This document shows positions 42,004-52,090 of a stretch of DNA of 64,000 bases, piece after piece. The position numbers and the translations under genes are program-made. Within the stretch, counting starts at the first letter, position 1, and each line of letters begins with the position of its first letter. The notes under the pieces were generated by a model. That model was not told the origin of the DNA. It did no database searches and saw only the letters and a program-made list of their open reading frames with translations. The DNA lies in the IMG/VR virus record IMGVR_UViG_3300042569_001723, positions 1 to 64,000 of that record; one strand, written 5' to 3'. This DNA comes from an uncultured virus (IMG/VR IMGVR_UViG_3300042569_001723). Its lineage: Duplodnaviria; Heunggongvirae; Uroviricota; Caudoviricetes.

Positions 42004-42563
42004 AAAAAATAATTTTGAATGACACATATGGTTATGAAGAATTCATAACAAATGAAGAACAAGAAAATCTTTTATTTTGGACAAATTCTAATTCACATCT
42101 ATTTCAAATAAACACAACTAATAGTCATACCATAAATGCGCCATATGGTTCTAGACAAATCGGTGTATTAACAAAAATATTAAATTCACCATTAGATTTG
42201 GTAAAAAAAATAAAGGATAGGGTAATTGAAGTAGAAAAAATTAATGATTGGATATTAGACCCAATGTTTGAAGACGCAATTGGTATTAATAAAGAAGGGG
42301 GTTCAATTCATTTACATAGTGATTCAAATTTAGATGGATATACACATGTTAGATATAACATAATACTATCATATCCACATGAAGGCGGACACTCAATATA
42401 TAATGGTAAGATTAATGAGTTAAAAGAAAGAATGGTTTGGAGGTGTGTTGCTGGTAGGGTCGAACATGGCAGTATGCCGGTAATAGGAGAAAAACCAAGA
42501 ATAACTTTAACATTAGGATTTCAAATAAAGGATAAAGTAAAAAAAGAAAAAACTTTATTTTAA
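42000..42563 (+). CDS. 2OG-Fe(II) oxygenase
   Basis: GGSIHLHSD, EGG, EHGSMPV.G..PRITL. Confidence 0.75.
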   Translation: MKKIILNDTYGYEEFITNEEQENLLFWTNSNSHLFQINTTNSHTINAPYGSRQIGVLTKILNSPLDLVKKIKDRVIEVEKINDWILDPMFEDAIGINKEGGSIHLHSDSNLDGYTHVRYNIILSYPHEGGHSIYNGKINELKERMVWRCVAGRVEHGSMPVIGEKPRITLTLGFQIKDKVKKEKTLF

Positions 42564-43034
42564 ATGGAAATATATAAAAATCTTTTACCCAACGAATTTT
42601 GTGATAATTTAATAGATAAAATTAAGAATGAATGTGTTTTAAGTGAATCCCATAAAACAAACTGGTTTGTTTGGTTGATATGGGGTCAACAAGGTATTCA
42701 ACTACTAGAAAGAGAAAAGTGGAATGAAGAAATTTATAATACAGTTATAAATGAGTTGAGTAAAAATAATTTCCCTAATTACAAAACGATGTGGTTACAA
42801 ATGACCGAATATAAGGATGGTAGGTGGTTACGAAGACATGTAGATGGTGCAAAAAATAAAACATCAATAATTTTGTTATCCAATGGGTTTATAGGTGGAG
42901 ATACATATATAAATAATAAAGTTGTAAATTTAAAAAAGGGAGATGGTGTTGTATTTGATGGCGGTCATCAATATCACGAAGTAAAACCAGTTACAGAAGG
43001 AACACGATACGCATTAAATTTTTGGTTTCATTAA
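42564..43034 (+). CDS. 2OG-Fe(II) oxygenase
   Basis: RRHVD, GGDT, HEVKPVTEGTRYALNFW. Confidence 0.82.
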   Translation: MEIYKNLLPNEFCDNLIDKIKNECVLSESHKTNWFVWLIWGQQGIQLLEREKWNEEIYNTVINELSKNNFPNYKTMWLQMTEYKDGRWLRRHVDGAKNKTSIILLSNGFIGGDTYINNKVVNLKKGDGVVFDGGHQYHEVKPVTEGTRYALNFWFH

Positions 43035-43043
43035 TAATAAAAT

Positions 43044-44084
43044 ATGGTAGATTTAAAAAATTACATATGTGGTGTACCATTCAACTCATTGGAAATACAC
43101 AATAATCAATATTTTTTGTGTTGTCCATCTTGGTTAAATGTTTCATTTAAAAGAGATGAATATAAATTAAATGAAATATGGAATAGTGAACCTGTTCAAG
43201 AGATTAGAGAAAGTATGTTAGATGGTTCATTTAAGTATTGTAATAAAGAACTTTGTCCATTTTTAAGTAAATTAGTAAATTATGGGGTTGCAAATGGTCC
43301 AATTACTTTAAAATCAAATTCAAATATTAATAATACTATTATAGAAAATAACACTCCTGATATGTTAATGATGAACTTTGATAGAACTTGTAATTATAAA
43401 TGTCCATCTTGTAGGGTAGATTTAATTGTTGAAAACAGTAATGGAATTAAACGGATAGAGAAAACAATTGAAGAAATTGATACTCATTATTCTGCAAATG
43501 TGAAATCACTATATATAACAGGATCAGGAGACCCGTTTGTTTCGGTTGGGTTTAGAAATTATCTAAGAAATTTTAATCCTAAAAAATATCCAAAACTGCA
43601 ATCAATACATCTTCATACAAACGCATCAATGTGGAATAAAGAAATGTGGGATAGTATGCCAAATATACATAAATATGTTCATAGTTGTGAAATTAGTATA
43701 GATGCAGGTACAAAAGACACCTATGAAAATAAAACAAGAATAGGTGGTAATTGGGAAAATCTAATAAACAATTTAAAATTCATTAATACATTACCAATAA
43801 GTGTTAAAACTTCATTTGTGGTACAAGATACAAATTATACCGAAATGGAAACATTTTATAATTTAATGTATTCTATTTTTGGTAAGAAAGTAAATGTGTT
43901 TTTCGGTAAGATAACTAATTGGGGCACATTTTCAGAGGGCGAGTTTAAATTAAAACAAGTTTGGAATACAAATCATCCAGAACATGAATTATTTAAAAGA
44001 GAGTTTAATAAAGTGTGGAAAAACACAAATCTATTTCATAATCTATATGAGTTTATTGATACTACAAATAAAACGTTAATATGA
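43044..44084 (+). CDS. Twitch/SPASM-domain radical SAM protein
   Basis: CGVPF..LCCPSW..EIWNS..YC...CP; CNYKCPSC; GSGDPF; ISIDAG. Confidence 0.85.
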   Translation: MVDLKNYICGVPFNSLEIHNNQYFLCCPSWLNVSFKRDEYKLNEIWNSEPVQEIRESMLDGSFKYCNKELCPFLSKLVNYGVANGPITLKSNSNINNTIIENNTPDMLMMNFDRTCNYKCPSCRVDLIVENSNGIKRIEKTIEEIDTHYSANVKSLYITGSGDPFVSVGFRNYLRNFNPKKYPKLQSIHLHTNASMWNKEMWDSMPNIHKYVHSCEISIDAGTKDTYENKTRIGGNWENLINNLKFINTLPISVKTSFVVQDTNYTEMETFYNLMYSIFGKKVNVFFGKITNWGTFSEGEFKLKQVWNTNHPEHELFKREFNKVWKNTNLFHNLYEFIDTTNKTLI

Positions 44085-44623
44085 GAATTTTAATTATTGC
44101 ATTATCAAGAAGTGGTGGATATCAATTGAATGAATGGTTGTCTATGGAGCTAGAACATAAAATGATACATGAACCAATATACACAAATCAATCCATTGAA
44201 GGAAACAATATTGTGGTAAAATATAATATTAGTGAAATTGAAAATAGAATGGATATTGATTTAACAAATTGGGATAAGATAATTGGATTAACGCGTGAGG
44301 ATGCGAGAGAGTGTTCAATATCACATACCAAAGCAGTACAACGAAAGGAATGGAGAAATGGGTATGAAGTAAGTGATGAATGGATAAAAGAAAACGAAAT
44401 AGACATAAAATATTTTGAGGAATGGGTAAATAATACAATTGACTATTTTAATACAATAAAAGAAATTCAGTTAAAAGTTACATATGAAGGGATATACGAC
44501 ACCAAAGAGGATATACAAAGAATAAAAGATTATATTGGTTTAACAAGTACAAAGTATGAACACCTATTAGATAATACAAATAGGTTAAGAAATAGGAGGA
44601 AAACAAAAAGAAAATTTTTATAA
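44081..44623 (+). CDS. Sulfotransferase-like P-loop protein
   Basis: ILIIALSRSGG, HEP, LTRED..E..IS, VTYE. Confidence 0.6.
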   Translation: MRILIIALSRSGGYQLNEWLSMELEHKMIHEPIYTNQSIEGNNIVVKYNISEIENRMDIDLTNWDKIIGLTREDARECSISHTKAVQRKEWRNGYEVSDEWIKENEIDIKYFEEWVNNTIDYFNTIKEIQLKVTYEGIYDTKEDIQRIKDYIGLTSTKYEHLLDNTNRLRNRRKTKRKFL

Positions 44624-44633
44624 ATTAAGAAAA

Positions 44634-45134
44634 ATGATATTAAAAGAAAAAATCTTATTTAGTAAAGAGGAGTGTGAGTCCATTATATTAGAATCCAATC
44701 AACATATTACAAATTGGAGAATGGGGGATAGAAAATATAATTCACAACCAATTGATTATTCATTAGAAACCAATTGGTTATTTGATAAGTTGAAGGATTT
44801 TGTGGAAAGGGAAACAAACATTGAAATTAGAACAATAAAAAAAACGATACATTTGCATAAATTTACGAAAGGTGATTGGTTTGGAAAACACAATGATATT
44901 AGAGATAACAGATTATATGCGGTTGGTGTTTTATTAAATGATAACTTTGAAGGTGGTGATTTTACATTGTATAATCCAAATGAAATAATTTTAAATAAAA
45001 TTATTGGAAACACTTATATATTTGATGTAGGAATTGAGCATGAAATAGCACCAATTTTAGAAGGTGAACGATACTCATTACTTTGGTTTTTACAAAATGA
45101 ACATATAAAAACAGAAACAAATAAATTAATATGA
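44634..45134 (+). CDS. 2OG-Fe(II) oxygenase
   Basis: GDWFGKHND, LNDNFEGGDF, HEIAPILEGERYSL. Confidence 0.85.
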   Translation: MILKEKILFSKEECESIILESNQHITNWRMGDRKYNSQPIDYSLETNWLFDKLKDFVERETNIEIRTIKKTIHLHKFTKGDWFGKHNDIRDNRLYAVGVLLNDNFEGGDFTLYNPNEIILNKIIGNTYIFDVGIEHEIAPILEGERYSLLWFLQNEHIKTETNKLI

Positions 45135-45937
45135 ACCCATTAGAATATTGGAACCCGAAAGGATTTGAAATCTCATCTTACAAATATTCATTAAAAGAAA
45201 GAGTAAATCAGACATATACAACTTCCGGTGGAGATAATACAGGACTATGTACCTACACCTATAATGAATTAGGATTTAGAGGTGATAGTATAAAAAAAGA
45301 AGGTTTTAAAGTTATGTCATTAGGTTGTTCAATTACGGAAGGAGTCGGTGTCAATGATAATGAAACTTGGCCGGCACAATTTTGTAACCATATTGAAAAT
45401 GGGGTAAATTTAAACTTTGGAACAGGAGGAAGAAGTAACGATTTTATATGTAGATGTTTAATGAGTTACTATGATTTAATTAAACCAGATTTGGTATTAA
45501 TAATGTATACAAATACATTTAGAAGAGAATTATATACTAAAGATGGGGGAATAGAACCCTTTATGCCCACATTATCTTGGGGATATTTGAAAGAAACAGA
45601 TGATGGTGTTAAAACACAAGAATATTTAACTTATTTACAAAATGATAATGAAGATTTTATAAATTGGTACAAAAATCATTTATTAATAAAGCATTTTTTA
45701 GAATCTAAAAAATGTAATTGGATATGGAATGGTTTTTTCCACATACCAAAAGATTATAATGAATTTAACAGATTCGATGGTGATTACGGAAGACCTTTTT
45801 TGGATTATGGAGTTGATGACATACATCCAGGACCAAACCATAATAAAACCTATTCATATAAATTACACAATTTTATAACTAAAAACTTCTCAAGTTATTT
45901 GAATGATTTATCAAAAATTAAACAAAATTTAATTTGA
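45131..45937 (+). CDS. SGNH/GDSL-like protein
   Basis: NELGFRG, LGCSITEGVG, NFGTGGRSN, DDIHPG. Confidence 0.7.
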   Translation: MNPLEYWNPKGFEISSYKYSLKERVNQTYTTSGGDNTGLCTYTYNELGFRGDSIKKEGFKVMSLGCSITEGVGVNDNETWPAQFCNHIENGVNLNFGTGGRSNDFICRCLMSYYDLIKPDLVLIMYTNTFRRELYTKDGGIEPFMPTLSWGYLKETDDGVKTQEYLTYLQNDNEDFINWYKNHLLIKHFLESKKCNWIWNGFFHIPKDYNEFNRFDGDYGRPFLDYGVDDIHPGPNHNKTYSYKLHNFITKNFSSYLNDLSKIKQNLI

Positions 45938-45971
45938 CTTTTTAAGTTATTATCCTTATATTAAGGATAAT
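45934..45971 (+). promoter_or_regulatory. Sigma70-like promoter TTGACT-N17-TATATT with overlapping inverted repeat
   Basis: -35 at 45934-45939, -10 at 45957-45962; ATTATCCTTA-tat-TAAGGATAAT (45949-45971) covers the -10 and start codon. Confidence 0.6.
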
Positions 45972-48690
45972 GAAAATACTTGCACACGCACCATTCATTG
46001 GTACCACAGGATATGCTAATCACGCTAGGTCCTTTTTTTGTGCCCTAAACAAATACCATACTGTAAAGGTTAGGAACGCAACAATCGGGAAAGGTTGGAA
46101 AGGTATGAATAATACCCCACATAATGACGAACCATACATAACCGACGAAATGAAGGATATGTTAATCCAACAGACCTTGATTAATAGTGACGGTAGTCAC
46201 GGAGATTCACCGATATATGGTTATAAGGGTGATTTTACGCCGGACATTAATATCGTGTTAATGGATATGAATCATTACTATTTCTATGACAATTATAGTG
46301 GTTATAATATTGCATACAATGTTTGGGAATCGACACGTTATCCAGATGACTTCTTTAATAGATTATTTTACTTTGATGAAGTGTGGGTCCCAACACAATG
46401 GCAGTTTGATTGTTTAGTTGAACAAGGTTATCCAAAAGAAAAGATATATGTAGTTCCTGAAGGTGTTGATGTTGAAACATTTAAACCATTAGAAAAATAT
46501 CCTAAAAAAGATAAGACACAGTTTGTTTTGTTTGGTAGATGGGAGTGGAGAAAAGGGACTACAGAAATATTACGAGCATTTGGTGAAGAGTTTAAAGACG
46601 AAACAGATGTTGAGTTAATTGCATCAGTAGAAAACCCATATTCATCAGATGGTTTGAGTACAACAGAAGAAAGAATCAAACATTATGGTATTAACACAAA
46701 GAATATTAAAATAGTTAATTTCCCATCAAGAGAAGAATATGTTAAGTATTTGCAAACGGCAGATGTATTTGTTTCTTGTGCTAGAAGTGAAGGTTGGAAT
46801 TTACCATTGATTGAAGCTATGGCATGTGGAACGCCATCGATATATGCAGATTGGGGTGGACAACAACAATTCACCCAAGGTAAAGGTGTACCTGTATCAA
46901 TTAAAGGGTTAGTTCCTGCAAATTACGAACATAAAGATTTCCCTGGAGAATATTGTGAACCGGACTGGGAAGATTTAAAATTTAAAATGCGTCAAGCTTA
47001 CGATTATAAAACAGCGATGTGGATTACGTCACGTGAAGACGCAAAAAGAATACATAAAGATTTTAATTGGGATACTATTGCAAAAAATGCGTCTATGTTA
47101 TTAGAAGAAAAAATGAAACCATTTGTATTTGTAACAACGGGTAATATCGGTTATATGCCTGTTATCGAGAAACTAGTACAATCAGTATTAGAATTCTCAA
47201 ATTCTAAAATAATTGTTTATGGTGTTGATTGTGACGTTCCATTTGATTACCCGAACGTAATTAAAAGAAGAATTGACCCACCAAAACATTCTGAACATGA
47301 TAGATGGTATTGGAAACAATATGCGTGTATTGAGGCGTTTAATGAAGACTATGATAAGTTTGTTTGGATTGATGGTGATGTGGTGATTAATCACAATTTC
47401 GATACGATTGAAAAATACTTTAAGGATATTGATAACTATCCATTATCTGACATTCATAGACAAGAAGAATTTTATGGTTACTATACATTAGATGGTCAAA
47501 CAAAGAACCAATCATTTAATGAAGAGTTAGCTAAAGAGTGGGGTATTCAAAAAAGAACACCATACATGCATGTTTGTATGTTCATTTATAATAGAAATTG
47601 TGTTGGGTGGTTTGAACAAGTAATTGAATCATATAAGACAACAGATTTAAAAGATTACGATAGGTTGTTCATATGGAATGATGAGGGTATTGAAAACGCA
47701 TTAAGATGGAAACATGGTTACACTAAACATTTACCATTATCTAATTTTGATACATCATCTTATGATGGTGATGCTGGTCAAACACAAAAACAATTAGAAG
47801 ACTTCTACACTTTTTGGAATAAGAAAGGACCATATAACTTCGATAAAGTTTTTGGTTATCAATACATACCAAAGAACAAAGAAGATATTCTTTATTTCCA
47901 CGGGAATAAGAATTCCGAGAACTCAGATAAAATGGTTCAGTTTATCAAATTTATAAAGGACAATTCATTTTATAACTCAGAATATTTTTATACAGGAATA
48001 TACAATGTTGAAAACTTGGGGGACATAAAGGAGTATGAAGGTGGTACATTAGAGGTGGCGGAAAAATTTGGTTGGTTTAGGGCTATCTATCATGAGATTT
48101 TTAATCTACTTGATTATTATAAAGATAGAGTAAAGAATATTAATGAAGGTGATGTTGTTGTTGATTTAGGTGGTAACATCGGTATATTCAATAGATGGGC
48201 GTATAGTCAAGGTGCATCTAAAGTTATATCTTTTGAACCAGATAAAAGATATTTTAAATTATTATCCTTAAATGCTGACCCTCGTTCTATTTTATTTAAT
48301 GCGGGTGCTGCGGATTCTATTGGAGAATTTAGATTATATGAGAGTTCCCATTTAGGTGGATCCAATTTATTTGGTACACATAATAATACAGTAAACTATC
48401 CAGTAAGAACGTATACGTTAGATTACTTGTTTGAAACTGGATTGGTTGACCATATTGATTTTCTTAAAATTGATATCGAAGGCGCTGAACATCACGCCTT
48501 AAAAGGAATTAGTGACGATAATTTAATGAAGGTTAATAACATCTCAATGGAATATCATCATAGTCATTTTAATTTTGATGATGAATTGAGACAACAATTA
48601 ATTGATAGAATGTTGAAATTAGGATTTAACTCATATCTTATGTTTATGGGTATAAATAATGCGTTACAAATGTTATATTTTACAAGATGA
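45970..48690 (+). CDS. Fusion of GT4 glycosyltransferase, GT-A-like domain and FkbM methyltransferase
   Basis: GRWEWRKG, SEGWNLPLIEAMACG (GT4); WIDGD, NDE, FHGNK (GT-A); DLGGNIG, FEP, KIDIEGAE (FkbM). Confidence 0.85.
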   Translation: MKILAHAPFIGTTGYANHARSFFCALNKYHTVKVRNATIGKGWKGMNNTPHNDEPYITDEMKDMLIQQTLINSDGSHGDSPIYGYKGDFTPDINIVLMDMNHYYFYDNYSGYNIAYNVWESTRYPDDFFNRLFYFDEVWVPTQWQFDCLVEQGYPKEKIYVVPEGVDVETFKPLEKYPKKDKTQFVLFGRWEWRKGTTEILRAFGEEFKDETDVELIASVENPYSSDGLSTTEERIKHYGINTKNIKIVNFPSREEYVKYLQTADVFVSCARSEGWNLPLIEAMACGTPSIYADWGGQQQFTQGKGVPVSIKGLVPANYEHKDFPGEYCEPDWEDLKFKMRQAYDYKTAMWITSREDAKRIHKDFNWDTIAKNASMLLEEKMKPFVFVTTGNIGYMPVIEKLVQSVLEFSNSKIIVYGVDCDVPFDYPNVIKRRIDPPKHSEHDRWYWKQYACIEAFNEDYDKFVWIDGDVVINHNFDTIEKYFKDIDNYPLSDIHRQEEFYGYYTLDGQTKNQSFNEELAKEWGIQKRTPYMHVCMFIYNRNCVGWFEQVIESYKTTDLKDYDRLFIWNDEGIENALRWKHGYTKHLPLSNFDTSSYDGDAGQTQKQLEDFYTFWNKKGPYNFDKVFGYQYIPKNKEDILYFHGNKNSENSDKMVQFIKFIKDNSFYNSEYFYTGIYNVENLGDIKEYEGGTLEVAEKFGWFRAIYHEIFNLLDYYKDRVKNINEGDVVVDLGGNIGIFNRWAYSQGASKVISFEPDKRYFKLLSLNADPRSILFNAGAADSIGEFRLYESSHLGGSNLFGTHNNTVNYPVRTYTLDYLFETGLVDHIDFLKIDIEGAEHHALKGISDDNLMKVNNISMEYHHSHFNFDDELRQQLIDRMLKLGFNSYLMFMGINNALQMLYFTR

Positions 48691-49349
48691 GTATATTAAA
48701 CGATTTAGCTAAAAAGTACGGAACTGATAAGTCTTCCGAAATACACAATTATTGTGTTAAGTATGAGAAATATCTACCATTCAATAGGTATGATAATTTA
48801 AACATAATGGAAATTGGTATCTTGGGTGGAGATTCCTTAAGAACTTGGAAAGAATTCTATTATAGGTCAAACATTCTTGGTATTGACATCAACCCAGATT
48901 GTAAACAATATGAAGAAGATAGGATGAAAGTTGAAATTGGTTCTCAATTCGATGCAGAGTTTTTAACAAAAATTAAAACACAATACGGACCATTTGACAT
49001 GATACTAGACGATGGTTCGCACATGAATGAACATGTAATATATTCATTTGAACATTTATGGGATTCAATTAAACCCGGTGGTGTTTATGTTGTAGAAGAT
49101 GTATGTACGTCTTATTTACCATACTATGGTGGCGGAAGATACTTGGAAGGCACTATGATGGAATACTTTAAAGGTATAACAGATGAAGTTAATTTTTTTG
49201 GTGAAACATTGGAGAATTTTCATAATGCAAATGCCAGAAGAGAAGATAAGTTAGTTGAACAATTTGAAGCTAAAGGATACAATTACATTGGTACACAGAT
49301 AGAATCGATAAATTTCCTTAACGGAATTATTATAATAACTAAAAGATAA
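48687..49349 (+). CDS. Class I SAM-dependent (sugar O-)methyltransferase
   Basis: GTDK..HNY, EIGI..G.SL..W, FDMILDDGSH, GGVYVVED. Confidence 0.8.
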   Translation: MSILNDLAKKYGTDKSSEIHNYCVKYEKYLPFNRYDNLNIMEIGILGGDSLRTWKEFYYRSNILGIDINPDCKQYEEDRMKVEIGSQFDAEFLTKIKTQYGPFDMILDDGSHMNEHVIYSFEHLWDSIKPGGVYVVEDVCTSYLPYYGGGRYLEGTMMEYFKGITDEVNFFGETLENFHNANARREDKLVEQFEAKGYNYIGTQIESINFLNGIIIITKR

Positions 49350-52090
49350 TGGCACATTTACAACAACAACAATTTTGTTCTAGAGTTAGAGAAAAACATC
49401 CGGAATATTTTAAAAATAAAAAAGTATTAGATATTGGGTCATTAGATTTAAATGGTTCAAATAGATTTCTATTCGAGGATTGTAATTACATTGGTATAGA
49501 TATCGGAGAAGGAAGAAATGTTGATGTCGCTGCTGCGGGTAATCTATACGATGCTCCCGATGAATATTTTGACACAATCATATCTACTGAAGTTTTTGAG
49601 CATGATATGTATTATCCTGATACCATTAAGAATGTTATTAGAATGTTAAAGCCAGGTGGTATGTTCATATTCACATGTGCAGCTAATGGTAGACCAGAAC
49701 ATGGTACAAGAAGAACAAGTCAATGTGATGCACCATTATTAGAAGATGTTAGTGAAGAATGGGCTGACTATTATAAAAATTTAGAAAAAGAAGATATAGA
49801 AATTATACCTTCATTTAATGAGGCGTTTATTGATGGTCATTTTGAAAGAGGTTATGAACCAGATGATTTATACTTTTATGGTATCAAAGGTGGTGAGAAA
49901 TATTTGACACAACAAATTGTTCCTGAGCTTAGTAAAGAAACTTATAAGGACGATATTTTTGTAATTGATTGTTGGCCAAATAACGAATCAAAAGAGAATG
50001 ATTTAATTGAGTTAATTAAAATATTAAAGACATATAATATTGATATATTATTAACAGGACATTATCCAATTAAACCTGAGATTCAAAAGATGGTGGACTA
50101 CTATTTATTTGACAAAAAGAACCCACTTTTATTAAGTCATGAATTCAACGAATATCAAGTTGCCAGCGGAAGATGGAGTGATATGGGTGACCATAGAATT
50201 GATAATGCAAATGCGTTCCATCATGATTATGCTATATGGGAGACCCTGAGGAACTCATTTAATTTCTGTAACTACTTGGGTAAGAAAAATATTCACTTCT
50301 TTGAATATGATAACTTACCAAATCCAGTTCAATATAGACAAGCATTTTTAGAAAGATTGGGCGGACATGATGCTGTGTTATATGAATATTCCGAAAACAG
50401 TATAACCAACTCAAATTTTAGTGAATATTGCGCAACGTTTATTTTCTCAGTTAAAACTGATGTGGCAATTAAAGCAATTGACCAAATCAAAACCAAAGAA
50501 GAATACTTTAAAAACAAACCAAACGGTTGGCAATTAGAAAGAGTATTTTTAACAGCACTAAGAAATGTCACTAACAATATCTTTGTAACCAATTACATTG
50601 CAAACAATGATGAGTTGAATACACAAGCTGTTTGGAATAGAGATGGAATGATTAAAAACGGTGCTTATTTCCAAACATACATTGGTGTGGATGAGAAACA
50701 CAACCTTCACTTACATTTGATTTCTGGATTCTCAGAAATTAAGGCAGACAAAGATTATCTACTTGAGGTGGTTTACAATGACTATAAACGATTTATCACA
50801 TTACATAAAGAGGCGTTTTTTACAATACCATTAGGTCAATATAAAAAGGGTAGTAATGTTATTGTATATTATCAAGGGGTCGAAGTATATAAAGAGTTCT
50901 TAGGTGAAAGTGCTGAAGATTGTAGAGAGATAAATAAGTACACAACAAAAAATATAGAAATAAAACAGAATCATAAACCAAAGTCAGTAAATGTTCATTT
51001 TGTTGATGGACCATATATTGAAATATTAGATGATGAACAATTATTATATAGTGTTCAGTTCATTAATAACAAAACAAAGAAGACCGAATTTTCCATTGAA
51101 TTGAAAAGTAATCACTGGTCAAGAAGCTCAATAAAGTATTATGTTGATTGGACAATTGTGATAAAGGGAATTGATAATGATTATTATTATGAACATAGGA
51201 TTGATTTAAAAGGTAAAAGAGTTTATGTTGCTTTCGAATCTAAATCATTGGGTGACACGATTGCATTTGTCCCGTATGTTGAGAATTTCAGAAAGAAACA
51301 TGGTTGTAAAATGATATGCTCAACATTCCAAAATGACTTATTTAAAAAACAATATAAAGAGATTGAATTTGTTGAACCTGGAACCAATGTAAATAATTTA
51401 TATTCCTTATATCGTTTAGGTATGTTTTACAAAACCGAAAATGATGGAACAAGACATATTAATATCGAACATCACTCGTCAGACCCTAAATTGGAACCAT
51501 TAACAAAAATCGCTTCGGATATTTTAGGTTTAGATTATGAAGAGGTAAGAACAAAATTACCAAAATTAGGTAAGAAAAAACAAAAGAGAGTTTGTATCGG
51601 TATTCACTCGACCGCACAATTAAAATATTGGAACAACCCAAATGGTTGGCAAGATGTGGTTGATTATCTAAAAGAAAATGGTTACGAGGTAAGATTGTTA
51701 TCTAGAGAAGAAGATGGATATATGGGTAATAAAAACCCAATAGGGGTGGTGCAACAACCATCGGGGTTATTAACGGATGTTATAAAAACATTACAAGAGT
51801 CAGAACTTTTTATTGGAATTAGTAGTGGATTAAGTTGGTTGGCGTGGGGTGCGGATGTGCCGGTGGTTTTAATATCAGGATTCACAGACATATATACGGA
51901 ACCATTCATCGGAGTTAATAGAGTAATTAATAAAAATGTTTGTAACAGTTGTTGGAATCGACATGATTTTGATGCTGGAGATTGGAATTGGTGTCCCGAC
52001 CAAAAAGGTACAGATAGACAATTCGAATGTTCAAAAGAAATTAGTTCCGAAAGTGTAATTAACGAAATTAAAAAATTACTTAAATTGTAA
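49349..52090 (+). CDS. Fusion of methyltransferase, unknown domain and TibC/Aah-like (autotransporter O-heptosyltransferase family) glycosyltransferase
   Basis: VLDIGS..EVFEHD..LKPGG; C-term SKSLGDTIA, KYWNNPNGW, FIGISSGLSWLAW, ISGFT, CNSCWN..WNWCP..FECSKEI. Confidence 0.8.
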   Translation: MAHLQQQQFCSRVREKHPEYFKNKKVLDIGSLDLNGSNRFLFEDCNYIGIDIGEGRNVDVAAAGNLYDAPDEYFDTIISTEVFEHDMYYPDTIKNVIRMLKPGGMFIFTCAANGRPEHGTRRTSQCDAPLLEDVSEEWADYYKNLEKEDIEIIPSFNEAFIDGHFERGYEPDDLYFYGIKGGEKYLTQQIVPELSKETYKDDIFVIDCWPNNESKENDLIELIKILKTYNIDILLTGHYPIKPEIQKMVDYYLFDKKNPLLLSHEFNEYQVASGRWSDMGDHRIDNANAFHHDYAIWETLRNSFNFCNYLGKKNIHFFEYDNLPNPVQYRQAFLERLGGHDAVLYEYSENSITNSNFSEYCATFIFSVKTDVAIKAIDQIKTKEEYFKNKPNGWQLERVFLTALRNVTNNIFVTNYIANNDELNTQAVWNRDGMIKNGAYFQTYIGVDEKHNLHLHLISGFSEIKADKDYLLEVVYNDYKRFITLHKEAFFTIPLGQYKKGSNVIVYYQGVEVYKEFLGESAEDCREINKYTTKNIEIKQNHKPKSVNVHFVDGPYIEILDDEQLLYSVQFINNKTKKTEFSIELKSNHWSRSSIKYYVDWTIVIKGIDNDYYYEHRIDLKGKRVYVAFESKSLGDTIAFVPYVENFRKKHGCKMICSTFQNDLFKKQYKEIEFVEPGTNVNNLYSLYRLGMFYKTENDGTRHINIEHHSSDPKLEPLTKIASDILGLDYEEVRTKLPKLGKKKQKRVCIGIHSTAQLKYWNNPNGWQDVVDYLKENGYEVRLLSREEDGYMGNKNPIGVVQQPSGLLTDVIKTLQESELFIGISSGLSWLAWGADVPVVLISGFTDIYTEPFIGVNRVINKNVCNSCWNRHDFDAGDWNWCPDQKGTDRQFECSKEISSESVINEIKKLLKL

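Noticed and set aside
16170..52090. Bacterial chromosomal capsule/LPS locus
   Set aside because: No flippase, polymerase or export genes; flanked by phage-type fibre genes and shares their promoter motifs
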